A stretch of 64,000 nucleotides of DNA from Paraspadella gotoi (GCA_051294375.1 CM119265.1:14794963-14858962); one strand, 5' to 3'. Shown: positions 10,346 through 21,699, counted from the stretch's first letter. Notes: generated by a model not told the origin, from the sequence alone. Translations and numbers: made by a program.

Positions 10346-13300
10346 TTAGGTTCTGAACGTTGGCGAGTCTCCGCCTGTTGCCTTCAGTCTCCGCCTGTGG
10401 TAGATGAGGCGTTGTCCGGCGATTTCGATGACAAAATGATTTCCTTTTACCTCGATGACTTGATGAGGGCCCGTATAAATGGATTTTACTTTGTTTACTG
10501 CCGGGGCTGCGCCTGTTCGGACTAGGTCGCGCCTGACGTAGACTTGATCGCCTGTTTTTATCTTTTTTGGGTCTCTGAATCGATTTACGCGTTTTGCTGT
10601 TCTGTTTATTTTTATCCGTTGTTCGGCGATCTTTCTCTGCGCGTTTTCTTGTTTGTCAGCCCGTAGCTTTGCATAGTCGGCCAGGCACTCGTAAGTTGCC
10701 TCGTCTGGCAATTCAACTATCCTTGGCCTGTTTCCGAATTGGATCTCGTGCGGGCTCATGTCCGTTTTCCAGCCCGTGATTGGGGTTGAGTTGAGCATTA
10801 GTAGCATATGCGGTAACTCTTTTAACCAGGCGCTCGGGTCGTCATCCAGGGCCTTTCTTAGCGCCTGTCTTATCCGGCCTATGTCTCTTTCGGCTCTGTT
10901 GCTGTTCTTTCTAGAGACTAAGGTTCTTCTGCCACTCATGTTGAGTAGATCGAGTATGCTTTTCATCTCTTCGCCATTGAGTGACGTTGNNNNNNNNNNA
11001 TTTATTTCTAAGTAGCTTCCGTGCATTTGAAAAATATTTTTATCCAGGGCTGCGATTATGTGCGATGCATCTGCTCGACGGATTGGTAGCGCCCAGGTGT
11101 AGGCTGAGGCGTTATCGGATGCTACTACGACGTGGCTGATGCCTCCACTTGGGGGGAGGTGCATGACGTCTATGCACAATGATTCCCATGGCGTGATTGC
11201 TATCGTTGGCGTGGGATCCGTCTCATTGTGGTGCATTTCATCGGTTGTCCGTCTGCATAAGTCGCAGTTTAGTACTACATTTGCACAAGTGCGTACCATT
11301 TGCGGCGCCGCGACGTATTGGGAGACGAGGTATGCTGACCTGTCTCGTCCGGGGTGGCCGAGCTTTTTGTGGATCTTTTCGACAACTTCCTCCAGATTTT
11401 TTTCTGGGACGATGTATCTCGTGGATCGAATGTTATCCTTGTATCCGATGATGCAGAGGATTCCCTCCTTCGTGATGTGGAGGTCGTCAGTGTTTTTCAT
11501 AATGAAAACTTGTGTTGGCGTGAGAGCTTTCCTTTGTGCTGACGCAAGGTGCCTATGAAGGCCATCGCATCCATGATTTTCATATATTATTTTTGCGGAT
11601 TTGATGTCTTCATCTTCGTTTTGCCATTTTTTTATGTCTTCCCTGAGCGGGAGTAGCTGTTGGTTTGGCTGGTGTGGTGAGTTTTCTTCCTCTTCCAGGT
11701 CAATCGCGTCAACTTCGATGGACGCTCCCGTGGCAGAGTCTGGCGTCACTTCTGTTCTGTTTCTTACATCTTCGTCTCTCGCGCGTCTGTGCCTATCGGT
11801 GGTGAGTGTGGCTCTGCTCGGGCCTGGGCCTGGGCTTTGGTTTGTCGCTCTTGGTGGCTGGGCCGTTCTGGCGTTGTCCATGGTTCTTTCTGGTGACGCT
11901 GGTGGTGCGGCTTCTGGTGCGATTCTCGGCGATCTAGGCGAGCTGGGGGTTGATATCGGAGTTGGTGATCTTTCTACGTACGGGATGGTTGTTGGTGATG
12001 ATGGCGGCGTTGACGCTGGAGTTATTTGTGGTGGCGCGTTAGCGCCACTTCCAGGTTCAATTGTTTCTGAGTTTGGCGGTGCTGCCGACCTTTCTTCCGA
12101 GCTTGTTTCTGCAGGCGGCGCCTGTGCTCGTTTTGGTTTGTTTGGATCGGCCGCAAAGATGCAGTGGATGACGTCTGTGTCTGGGGGTGGGTCTCTTGTT
12201 CTTCGGCCGTTGCGCAGGCGGTGCCAAGCGGTCCCTCAGTGGTTTATTTGCTTCTGGTCCGTAGCGATATTGTGTAATTCCATCGCTGATTGTGTCTCTT
12301 GTTAATACTTTTATGTTCTTTTTTTCTTCCATGGTTGCTGCTCTTGTTATTCTCAGTAGTGCCGGTGTGTCGCTGATTAGCGAGGCTTGTCCCGTTGTTG
12401 TTCTAAAGATTTTTATTTCACGTTGGTTTCTTTTTCCATATACTTTTTCAAATTTGCATCCTGTTGGCGTAGTAGAGTCTTCATCGAGTATTTTTATGCA
12501 GAGGCCCGTCATGTCGGCCAGCATTTCTAGTTCGGGGTGCCCGAGAGTCCAATCTTTTGCTGAGATTGTTCTGATGTAGGTGTCGATGTCTTTTGTTTTT
12601 GGATTTCCATAGAGCTTGCGGATATTTTCTTTTTTGTTGTCGAAATCTGATCTAACGTATTTAAAAAATTTGTCTGAATGCTTTTTCGTCTATTTCTAGT
12701 GCGGCGGCAGCGATGCTCAGCGTTGGTGCGCCTCCGACTCGTAAGTCAAGGTGTCCTGGCCATGNNNNNNNNNNGATTGGGTCTTCACAGAAACCTGGGT
12801 TGTATTCTCCGTCGACGTCGAAACCCGCGGGCAGGAATGGAGTGTCGAGTGGGGTGATCTGCCCTTGGTCTGTGAATCTGGTAAGAAAATCCGCAGGATT
12901 GTCTTCGCTTTTTACTAGTATAACCTCGGTTGGGTGACACTCCTGTTTTATCTCGGTAATCCATCGTAGTACATTCGTTGGTAGTAATTGCTGTCGGTCG
13001 TGTTGCAGATCCATTACTCTTTTGAAGTATTGAGAGTCTGTGACCAACGTGACTCTTCTCCCACAGGTGTAGCCTTTGAATTTTCTGGTCATCATATTAA
13101 AGGCTAAGGTTTCAAGGATATTTATGTGCTTAATCCTGTATTCTTCCGGGAAGGTTTTTGAGTGGAAGCACAGCGGATATTCTATCCCGTTTGCTGTGGC
13201 TGTTATGAGGCCTCCCATGGCGCTAGTGCTTGCGTCCGCGTNNNNNNNNNNTTCGCCATTTTTGATTTTTGCGTCGTTCAAAAAGTTTAATCCTGGCGTA

Positions 13301-15385
13301 TTCTTTATTTCTGCTACTAGAGTTTCTAACGCTGCTCGATGTTTTTCTTCGAATTTGAAGCTGCTTTTGTCAACTAAGGTCAGGGCATGGAGCGGTTGTG
13401 CCAGATAAGAGAAACGGTGGGTGAAGCAGCGGTAATAGTTTAGTGAGGCTAAAAGCGCGCGGAGGTCTTTTTGTGTTTTTACTTCCTTCAGTTTCACCTC
13501 AGCTTGTTCTAGCTTCTCTTTCTGGGGTTTGAGCTTATCCTGTGATATGCTGAAGCCTAAAATCTTGATGTCGTCCTTGCGTAGTAGGACGCTTTTTGTC
13601 CATTTGAGGACGACATTTTCGCGTCGGCAGATTTCGAGGAACTCTTTGAGTCGTTCCGCCATTTCCTCTGGCGTTCTTGCTGTCAGGATCAGATCGTCGA
13701 CGTAAATGAGAAAGCTTTTAACGTCGCGTCCGAGATCAGCAAAGATCTCGTCAAGGATGGCTTGGANNNNNNNNNNNNNNNNNNCGCCTCCCATTGGCAG
13801 CTTGTTCATTTGCCAGTTGTGTCCAGCGCCCGCGAAGGCGGTGACTGGTTTGCATCTATCCGACAGGTTGACTTGATGAAAACAAGCGAGAATGTCGACA
13901 GAGCATTGTAGCTCGTGGGGTTTGTATTCCTCGAGTATTGATGCAATCGTTTGAGGTTCTGTTGCAAATGTCGAGATATTGTCATTTACCGCTGATAGGT
14001 CGCATATGAGGCGCCACTGTTTCGCGAAGGTTTCGTCATCCATTTTCTCTTGATCTTTTGCGATGTGGTTTGGCTTTTTGATGAGGAATGCATTTGAGTA
14101 AGCTTCCCCGGAGGTTCTGGAGACGACTCCTGCTTTTTCGTATACCTCTAGGTATCTCTTGAGGGCGGCCTTTTTTACTGGGCCTTGATTTACAAATCGT
14201 GGCTTCGGTAGGTCCTCTGTGGTGAATCCAAGATCTACTTTGTAGTTTAAAAGCCCTCTTTGCAGTCGTTTATCGTTTCTCCAAATACATCGCGAAATTC
14301 CCAGACGGTTTCCCATACTATTGGGGCTTTGTCGANNNNNNNNNNATCTATTTCTTTAAATGGGCGTAAAAATTCCTCTTTTCCCCTGTCATCGTGTTTT
14401 TTTCTTCGTCTGTTTCTGGCTTNNNNNNNNNNTTTGATTTCAGCATCTGTAGGTGTGTGTTTTATTATTTTCGTTGGTGGGATATTTTCCTTCCTTACTC
14501 GTCTTAGTTTGGGACTCTGTCCACTTAGGTCCGCCTGGACTGGGCGGGCTGTGCACTCTGGATCTAAATTTAGTTCTATCGTTGCCTCTTCTGTAACGAC
14601 CAGCCTTGCCTGTCCCCATTCGCCTGGTTCGCCTGGTAGTTCCACGCCTGTTTTTAAATGTTCTCCGGCGATTGTGCAAGCGGTCTCCCCGTCTGTTGAT
14701 TGTAGCATCCATTTTGCTTCCGCTAACGATTTCCAATACGTCTTTGCTGCTCTTACTAGCGTTTTATTATTTTCAGTCTTTTCGGCGTAGAGTGGGATGA
14801 TNNNNNNNNNNTCAACGCATTGTCTTGCCAACCACCTTGCAGCTTTTAATGCTGACTGTTTGTCTTTGAACAGGTGGGTGATCGGCTTGCCGGCCATGTG
14901 CGCTACTTGGAGGCCTTGCTTTTCAGCTGGTGTGACTATCCACATTTCTTCCGCAGGTCCCGGGTCGGTCGTTGCCGTTCCTATGATGACGTCCCGGTCA
15001 TCCTCGTCTGGTGATATGAAGAAAGTAGTATCGAGGATCCAGTTTTGAAACATTACTCTCAGGTCTATGCGGTCGCGGATTGTAACAGTGCCGTTTCCGG
15101 TGGTTACGCGTAATGGTTGTCCTGAGTAAACTTTGCTTGCCATTGACCATTCATCGACAAATTTTCGAGGTATCGTGTTTATCGATGCCCCTGTGTCGTA
15201 GAGGCAGCTTGCTGGGGCTCCGCTAATTACTGCGGGGATGTAGCTGTTGCTGTTTAGGTTTATCTTCCTCTTAGTGTCATCCCTTGGTCGCGGTTTACCT
15301 TCGAGGCGAACTGTCGGGATGACGGTTCGGCTTTTGGTAGTGGGGGCGGTTCCATCTCGCCTTTTCTTTCTTCTGGCACCATAAC
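10346..15385 (-). CDS. pol: pol polyprotein: protease, reverse transcriptase, RNase H, OTU-like linker, integrase (split by gaps and indels)
   Basis: CLYDTGAS (~15185-15208), WRLICDL, LPMG, YVDD, ADAS, VTDS, NPADFLTR, HKKLGHPG..CDLC, CIDVMHLP, NRAERD, YTGPHQV; PR-RT-RH-IN order of Metaviridae. Confidence 0.95.
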
Positions 15386-17767
15386 TTCAGGTGTGAAAGT
15401 TTCTGGTTCGTGACATTGTATTTCAACTTTTCTTACTGTTGCTTGATGCATTGATTCGCCTCTGGTGTCGCTAATGATTGAATAGGTTGGGTTGTATATC
15501 ATTTTTCGGCATTTTACACTAGTTTGGATTAAGTTCGGCCTTAGTTTATTTGTTTGAGATTTTGTCTTTTGTTTTTTCTTTGGTGTCGGTGGCATTTCTA
15601 ATGGGAGCGTTTGCTCTTCACAGATGTCGCTGTTCGGTCCATTGGATTCCGGCGTTGACTTTTGTTTTCTTATTTGCCCTTTTTCATCGTTTCCCTTTTT
15701 CTCTGATTTTTTGCATAACTTTTTGCAAATCTTTAGCCTTTTTATAAATGCCTTCTTCTCGGCTAGCGCCCAGTTCTTCCAGGGTTCAAGGCTTTCTTTT
15801 ACAATGTTTAAGGCAAGACATTTCTTTTCGTTTTCGGCTAAAGGGCTGAAAAGTCTGTGCAGACGGACTGCTGCCGTTTTCCCAGTGAACTTTAGTGCTG
15901 CTTTTGGCACAGTTTCTCAGAGACTCTGTTTCTTTTACAGGCGCGGACTCCGTCGCCATCTGTTGGATGCATTTTGCTGCGGTCTGTGCTAACTCCGCTG
16001 CTTTCTTTCTTTCCTTAGAGGTACCTCTGTCTGTTTTCCTCGTTTCTATGGAATTGATATTGTACTTTTCATGGAATTTTATTTCATCACTGCAAACGCT
16101 TGTGTTATCATTGTCAACAATAACAAAATCTCTACGTCTTGTATCATATTTATTGAATCTAGGCTTTCCGCGGTAGGCCTTTTCTTTCCAACGGTTTTCG
16201 TCTCTTGTATCGCGGCGTTCGCGGCCGCGGTAATCTCGGGGTTNNNNNNNNNNNNNNNNTCGGTCGTCCTTCCTCTCGTCCTTGTCCTCCTTGTCCTTTA
16301 TCAATTTTGTCAGTTTCTCCAGTAGTTCTCGAGAGTTGTTTGCTTCCTGGAGCATGGTTCCTTGATAAAGGGCGTTCGCACTCTCTGCTGGGTTTTTGTC
16401 CGTAAGACCTTTTTGCAGTAAGGAATCGGTGAGGACCTGGCGATCGTTGTCCTTGACAGAGTTTATAAATCGTCTGCCTTTCGCTTCTTTTCCATGCGTC
16501 TCCAGCCAGCCNNNNNNNNNNCATTCGATTCTCCTTCCTAGCTCCTTCTTTCTGCCGCTTTCGATGTATGTTCTAAATTCCATGACTTCTCGGGCAATTC
16601 CTGGAGCATATGGGCTTAGTGCTTTCGTTAGCAGGCGGGCTGTGTGGCGTGGTACTGCGCCTCGGTCCTCCGNNNNNNNNNNNNNNNNNNNNCGGTATAT
16701 GGCGTTGACGAGTCCTAGCCCATACTCGGAATGTATCTCTGGGTCCACTTTCACCTCGATCTGGTCCGCGATCTCTGAAGCGCTGATCGAGGTTGTCTCG
16801 AAGACCTCGCATAATCCTTTGTAGAGGCTGCCTTCGACGGGATCAATGAAGCAGCTGGCTTCATAGTCCCTGGTGAAAAGGGCCTTTAGTTGCTCGTCGA
16901 TGATGCGGATGTCTATATCGCATCCGCGGAGAGATTGGTAGATTCCCCGTAGAAAGTCTGTTGGCTTTTCGTCCTCACGGCGTCGTTCGATTTTCACGGA
17001 ACCAGTTCGGGCGGCCATTGGTTCCATGAAAACTGCCGCCGCTGCGGCGCTCCTGGTCGAGTCTNNNNNNNNNNTAGATCTCTTGCCGTGTCCCTACTTG
17101 GGTTGCGTTCTGTTTTTCGGCAAGTCTCTCGTATCCCTGTCGGCCTCTCGGCGTTTGCTCCTTCCTGCAACATCGTTTTGATTTCGGCGATGTCAGTTCG
17201 GGCGCGGATGTTGTCCCTACTCATGGTGTTGACGGCGTTTGTGAGTTGNNNNNNNNNNATTCTGAGGTGTCTCATTTCTTCGCTCATTTGAATTGTGCTT
17301 TTCCTGTTCGCGTTGATGAGGCGCAGTATTTCACTGATTCCTTTTCCATGGTCGCCCTTCTTNNNNNNNNNNACTCTGCGGAGGTTGTCGCTCAAGTCGA
17401 GGTAGTGCAGGTTTTGGACGCCATNNNNNNNNNNTACTGCCGTTTCGCCGTTTATCTCCATTGAGCTGGGCATGGTGCCACCGACGGCTCCTCCTTCGGT
17501 GTCGGAGGCTACGTGGTCGTCCATTGTTAGGCGGCCCATGCTGCTCGCGATTTCGTCGAGGTTTCCGGTATTTGCGCCGGCGGTCCAGCTGGCGATGACG
17601 GCGGGTGCGTGCGTGGTCAGGCCGGTTGTTGGGTCCAGGTAGCAGCCTGTTATTCCGCCGCGTTGATCTTTGGCCGGGATTTGGGCTTTGTCGTTCGTTG
17701 GGGTGCCGATTGGGGCGGTGGGGTAGATCCCACTGCCTTCTGCGTTTTTTTCGTTTCTTGACGCCAT
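15260..17767 (-). CDS. gag: gag-like ORF1 (three overlapping ORF pieces, probably one long ORF)
   Basis: Lies between PBS and protease; coiled-coil-like, helical and basic segments; no clear CCHC knuckle. Confidence 0.7.
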
Positions 17768-17994
17768 TTGGGTGACTTTCCTAGCGATCTCGAACAAAGA
17801 TTTCGATTTCTTTGTTGGCTCAATTTTGCTGGTTTTAGTGAGTCCTCGTTTTCTTTTGCGTGTCGCGTTTCCGCTATCGAATGTTTTCGTTATTTTTTGT
17901 ATGGTAGCNNNNNNNNNNGCAACGTGGGGCGATTTCGATTTTCGATAAAAGTTTTTCTTTATTCGATTTTCGAAGAATTCTTTCGTAATCTTTT

Positions 17995-18004
17995 GCTGTC
18001 ACCA
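17995..18004 (-). promoter_or_regulatory. primer-binding site TGGTGACAGC
   Basis: TGG directly abutting the end of the 5' LTR. Confidence 0.85.
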
Positions 18005-18446
18005 CGTGAGCGTTCTGGCTTAGTCTAATCTCCGCGAAAATATAAGAAAGTTCGATGTACACAAAAGCGAGGTTTATTTTCAAATTAATCATCAGCAAGA
18101 ATATAGAGGAAGTCAAAATTGCTCTTTCTTTTGGAGCCTAGAAACTAGAATGGATCTCACACAAAGTTCTCTCTACCTTCTACCTCAGATGTTTGATCCT
18201 TAGCCCCACCAAGTCCCGGCCTTGTTCCATTGGCCCTTTTGCCAACCTCCCCAATCCTCTTCTTCCTTCCAATTGGCCCATGGCCTTTATTGCAGTCATA
18301 GAGTTTGGGTGAGGTCTTTGTTGGTCCTGGTGAGGCGGGCCTCGGTTTCTGCTGGCTTGCTTGGTTCCCGCCGAGAGTGAGAGAGAGAGGAGAGAGATGT
18401 AGGGGGAGGTGCAGCTGGCTGCTGCATGCTCCTCGTTACGTTTATG
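18005..18446 (-). repeat. 5' LTR
   Basis: Direct repeat of 7670-8107; AATAAA on minus at ~18073-18078. Confidence 0.93.
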
Positions 18447-18659
18447 ATATGGTGGACTAAAATCCACCAATCGTTTATCAGCGGCAATTGGTGCAGGAGG
18501 CAAGTCATTCATCTCTCCAACCAAAAGGTACGAGGTTCGAGCCGGTGGACGCTTAGTAGTTAAGAGGGACGGGCCGCTTCACCTTCCTGTAACACGGTGT
18601 TAAAGTTCCGAAGCTCAGGGGCTGCTTATATTGAACGGTTCTGTCATTAACTCATAACA
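18447..18659 (+). mobile_element. LTR of tRNA/twister TRIM family 3 (degenerate, single copy)
   Basis: 5' hairpin TGGTGGA..TCCACCA, A box TGGTGCAGGAGG (18489-18500), B box GGTTCGAGCC (18534-18543), twister-like block 18555-18626, end CATAACA; no PBS or TSD seen. Confidence 0.55.
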
Positions 18660-18829
18660 ATCATTACTTTCTATTCAATTCAATATATACAATTAGTTGA
18701 GTTTTCAGTTATTTAAATAATTAGTTAATCATCTGATTATTATATTTGCTGTTGCAGCTTGGATTTACTGATTTAATGTTTCTATTAAATTTTAAACCTA
18801 TTTATATTTGAACGATCATATTTTTAGCT

Positions 18830-18897
18830 CTGACTGACAGATCAATAAAGTGAATTATAGAGCCGGAATCTGCAATAAGCAGATCCGGCTAAAAAAA
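18830..18897 (-). mobile_element. HINE/DINE-1-like terminal fragment
   Basis: aaagtgaattatagagccggaatctgc..gcagatccggctaaaaaaa matches the family terminus. Confidence 0.75.
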
Positions 18898-19202
18898 TTT
18901 AAAAGGTAAAAAACAAAAGAATTCTAGTTGACTTTGAGATAAAACAGGCGTCCACGAGAAGGCCTTGAGGGCACCAAAAGGACGGGCTCAAATCATCACT
19001 TAAATTAAATTACTAAAGGTAGTTTCATGAAAAAAAAATTAATCGATACTCTCGGAAAAAAACTGCCAAAAATGAAGGTTAACTTTAAGTAAAGTGAAGA
19101 AGAATATATTTATACCGGGAGTTCTAGCTCTTTTCGGAAAAAGTTTAGGTTATGGCAACAGCCGGGTTGCCTGTGATGCCCATTGGGATGGGGCATCTCA
19201 CT

Positions 19203-19283
19203 GTTGGCTTTGGGGGCTTCCGACCCTCAGTGACGCCTCCAGTCACTGGCGCGGTTACCCTAGGACGGTCTCGCTTTGCCAAT
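19203..19283 (-). ncRNA. twister ribozyme, P5 type (3' LTR)
   Basis: TTGGC-AAA-GCGA-GACCG-TCCTAGGG-TAA-CCGC-GC-CAGTGAC..GTCACTG-A-GG-GTCGGAAGCC-CC-CAAA-GCCAA; T1 CGG:CCG, T2 GC:GC. Confidence 0.82.
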
Positions 19284-19688
19284 GCAGAGGGAAGTCGTTA
19301 GGACTGTGGATGGAACACTACGCCTGGGATGGTGTGTTCCCACTCTGAGCCAATGGATTTGGCTGACGGTTGGCGGACGTGAGGCGGTGTGAATATACCG
19401 CCACAGGATCCCCGGGCCAAGACATCACTCAGGTTCCTCAAGCCTGAGAGGTGTTTGACAAGACTGTTACCATAGTGGGAGAGGGAGAGAGCGTGAGTTG
19501 TGGGGGCATAGGCGTTTGTTGTAGCGTACCCCAGGGGCATAGGCGTTTGTCATAGCGTACCCGAAATCGTAGGGCATAGGCGTTTGTCGTAGCGTACCCT
19601 GAGAAGGTTGCGTGTTCGATAGTAGGGCTCACCACTTATGGCAACAGCCGGGTTGCCTGTGATGCCCATTGGGATGGGGCATCTCACT

Positions 19689-19769
19689 GTTGGCTTTGGG
19701 GGCTTCCAACCCTCAGTGACGCCTCCAGTCACTGGCGCGGTTACCCGAGGACGGTCTCGCTTTGCCAAC
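19689..19769 (-). ncRNA. twister ribozyme, P5 type (5' LTR)
   Basis: Same fold; L4 GTTGGAAGCC gives a U-G wobble in T1; P5 GTTGGC:GCCAAC. Confidence 0.8.
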
Positions 19770-19922
19770 GCAGAGGGAAGTCGTTAGGACTGTGGATGGA
19801 ACACTATGCCTGGGATGGTGTGTTCCCCCTCTGAGCCAATGGATTTGGCTGACGGATGGTGGACGTGAGGCGGTGTGAATATACCGCGACAAGGTACTTA
19901 AATCTCAAGAGCGCTTTGAGAT

Positions 19923-20892
19923 AAAACAAGTTTGAGCAAACTATGTCGGATCTGCCCACGATCATTAGCGGTAATTAATAATTAATACAAACTATATAAA
20001 CTAAAATAATAATTCAATTAATAAATTAATTAATTTGATCCAAAATGTTTGTTTTTAGGTTTTTTCGGCACTGACCACGACAAAAGCAATGACGACGATG
20101 ATGGCGACGACGATAATAATTCCGATAACGATTGACTTGATTGATTGGTTAAATAATTAATTAATTTATAAATAAATTGATTTATTTATTTAATAATTAA
20201 TTAATAGATAACTAAATAAATTGATTGATTGAATAATTATTTGCTTGATTAATGACCGATAAATTAATCATTTATTAATTAATTGACTAATTGATTAATT
20301 AACTGATTAATTATTTGATTAATTAATACATCTTGCATTTACATTTAATATAAAAAGAAAAAGAAGCATAATCATAATCAATTAGTGAAAAAGGTTTTTT
20401 TTTCCATTTAAACTCATTTCCACTCAGATGATTCCATCGAAACTTGATCTCCAGCTTAATCACACACTTTCCTACCCACATACAAAATTTCAAGTCCATC
20501 GCCCCATCCACTCATGAGTAATTGACGTTCAAATAGTGAAATAGATTTTTTGTTTTTTCCATTTAAACTCATTTCACTGGCACGATTCCATCGAAACTTC
20601 ATATCCAGCTCAATCACACACTTCTCTATCCACATACAGAATTTCATTCCAATCCATTCATCCAATCACGAGCAATTGGAGTTTTTTGCTAAGGTGGAAC
20701 GGACGGACAGATGGACGGATGGATGGATGGACGGACAGACGGACATCGTTTTTTTTTGTATAATATATTATAATTTGATGTTTTGACTTGATATAAGTGA
20801 ATGCCCGACAAGATTGAGGGGGCGGACCGATGGACCGACAAAGTGAATAATAGAGTTGGGATCTGCTGATAAGCAGATCCGACTAAAAAAAA
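19923..20892 (-). mobile_element. HINE/DINE-1-like non-autonomous Helentron derivative
   Basis: Minus strand: T run, subterminal IR GTCGGATCTGC with adjacent palindrome, GTCC microsatellite, distal GCAGATCCGAC, stem-loop AGTTTG-CT-CAAACT, TGTTTT end. Confidence 0.85.
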
Positions 20893-21591
20893 TTAAAACC
20901 TTATTCAGAAATTGAACGCTTTTGTCTTTTGATCAATACCCAATATGACTGTTCGAAAAAGGCTGTCCGCAATTAGTATCATATTAGTGATAAAGACTAA
21001 CACTTCATCTCTATTTAATAGATTTTGAGTTTCAGCCCCAGTTGAAAAAATAATTAATGAACGCGAAGTCTAACGCTAATCCACCGGTATTGTAAAATTT
21101 ACCGAACCGATCTGGCATGCTAAGTAGTTAGTATAGAAAGGCCGCATAATCCGCCAAAATGGGCAACGGTCTCTTTTCACAATGCCAGCTTTATGCTATA
21201 AGGAAATAATTATAACTTGGTTTCAGGAATTTTATTAACAAAAATTAAAAATTATCCGCACAATTTTGGCATCTTAAAGGGAAATCTTTGCCACTTACAA
21301 ACGCTTTCCGAACTCTGAGTGTCCACCACCACCAAACTTAATGGGGTTCCTTTTTCCTTTGAGAGGAAATTAATGATGTCCACACATTTTGGAGATGATG
21401 GGTCCATGAGCACCGACAAATAAGCTATGGAAAGTTTTTAGAAGCAATTGCTTATTGTAAATTTTTTATATAAATTGAAACGCTAAAAACTAATATAATA
21501 TGAAATAAAAAGTATGGAGTCAATAACAAAACATAGCAAAATCAATTACGAAATACCAGTAATCAGCAAGTTAAATCATTGCACAATTGCA

Positions 21592-21699
21592 TAACCGCGC
21601 TAGAGGTATGAGGTGCTGCTGAGGGTACGAAGCCCGCAACGCCAACAGGTGATATGCCCCACCCAGCTTGGAATCACAGGCAACCCAGATGTTGCCATA
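21592..21699 (+). mobile_element. 3' half of a diverged family-2 TRIM LTR
   Basis: TAACCGCGC...CTGAGGGTACGAAGCCC...ATCACAGGCAACCC...TGTTGCCATA aligns to the family-2 LTR 3' half. Confidence 0.8.

Larger units (their letters stand above)
7670..18446 (-). mobile_element. full-length env-bearing Ty3/gypsy LTR retrotransposon (endogenous retrovirus-like)
   Basis: Two ~440-bp direct repeats, PBS, PPT, gag-pol-env order, ATAT on both flanks. Confidence 0.95.
19151..19891 (-). mobile_element. complete TRIM, tRNA/twister family 2
   Basis: 255-bp LTRs 19637-19891 and 19151-19405; PBS TGGTGAGCCC (19625-19634); 231-bp internal region; 4-bp TSD AGGT; termini TGT...ATA. Confidence 0.93.

Noticed and set aside
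11601-12305. Long plus-strand ORFs over the retroelement and mucin
   Set aside because: Antisense shadows of minus-strand coding sequence
19205-19235. Hammerhead reading of CTGAGGG...CAAA in family 2
   Set aside because: Lacks CUGANGA and GAAA; the twister fold explains the same bases better
19250-19285. 5S rRNA C-box similarity (GAGACCG..GGG) suggesting Cassandra/Ajax
   Set aside because: Short match only; these bases form the twister GA-T1-P1 segment
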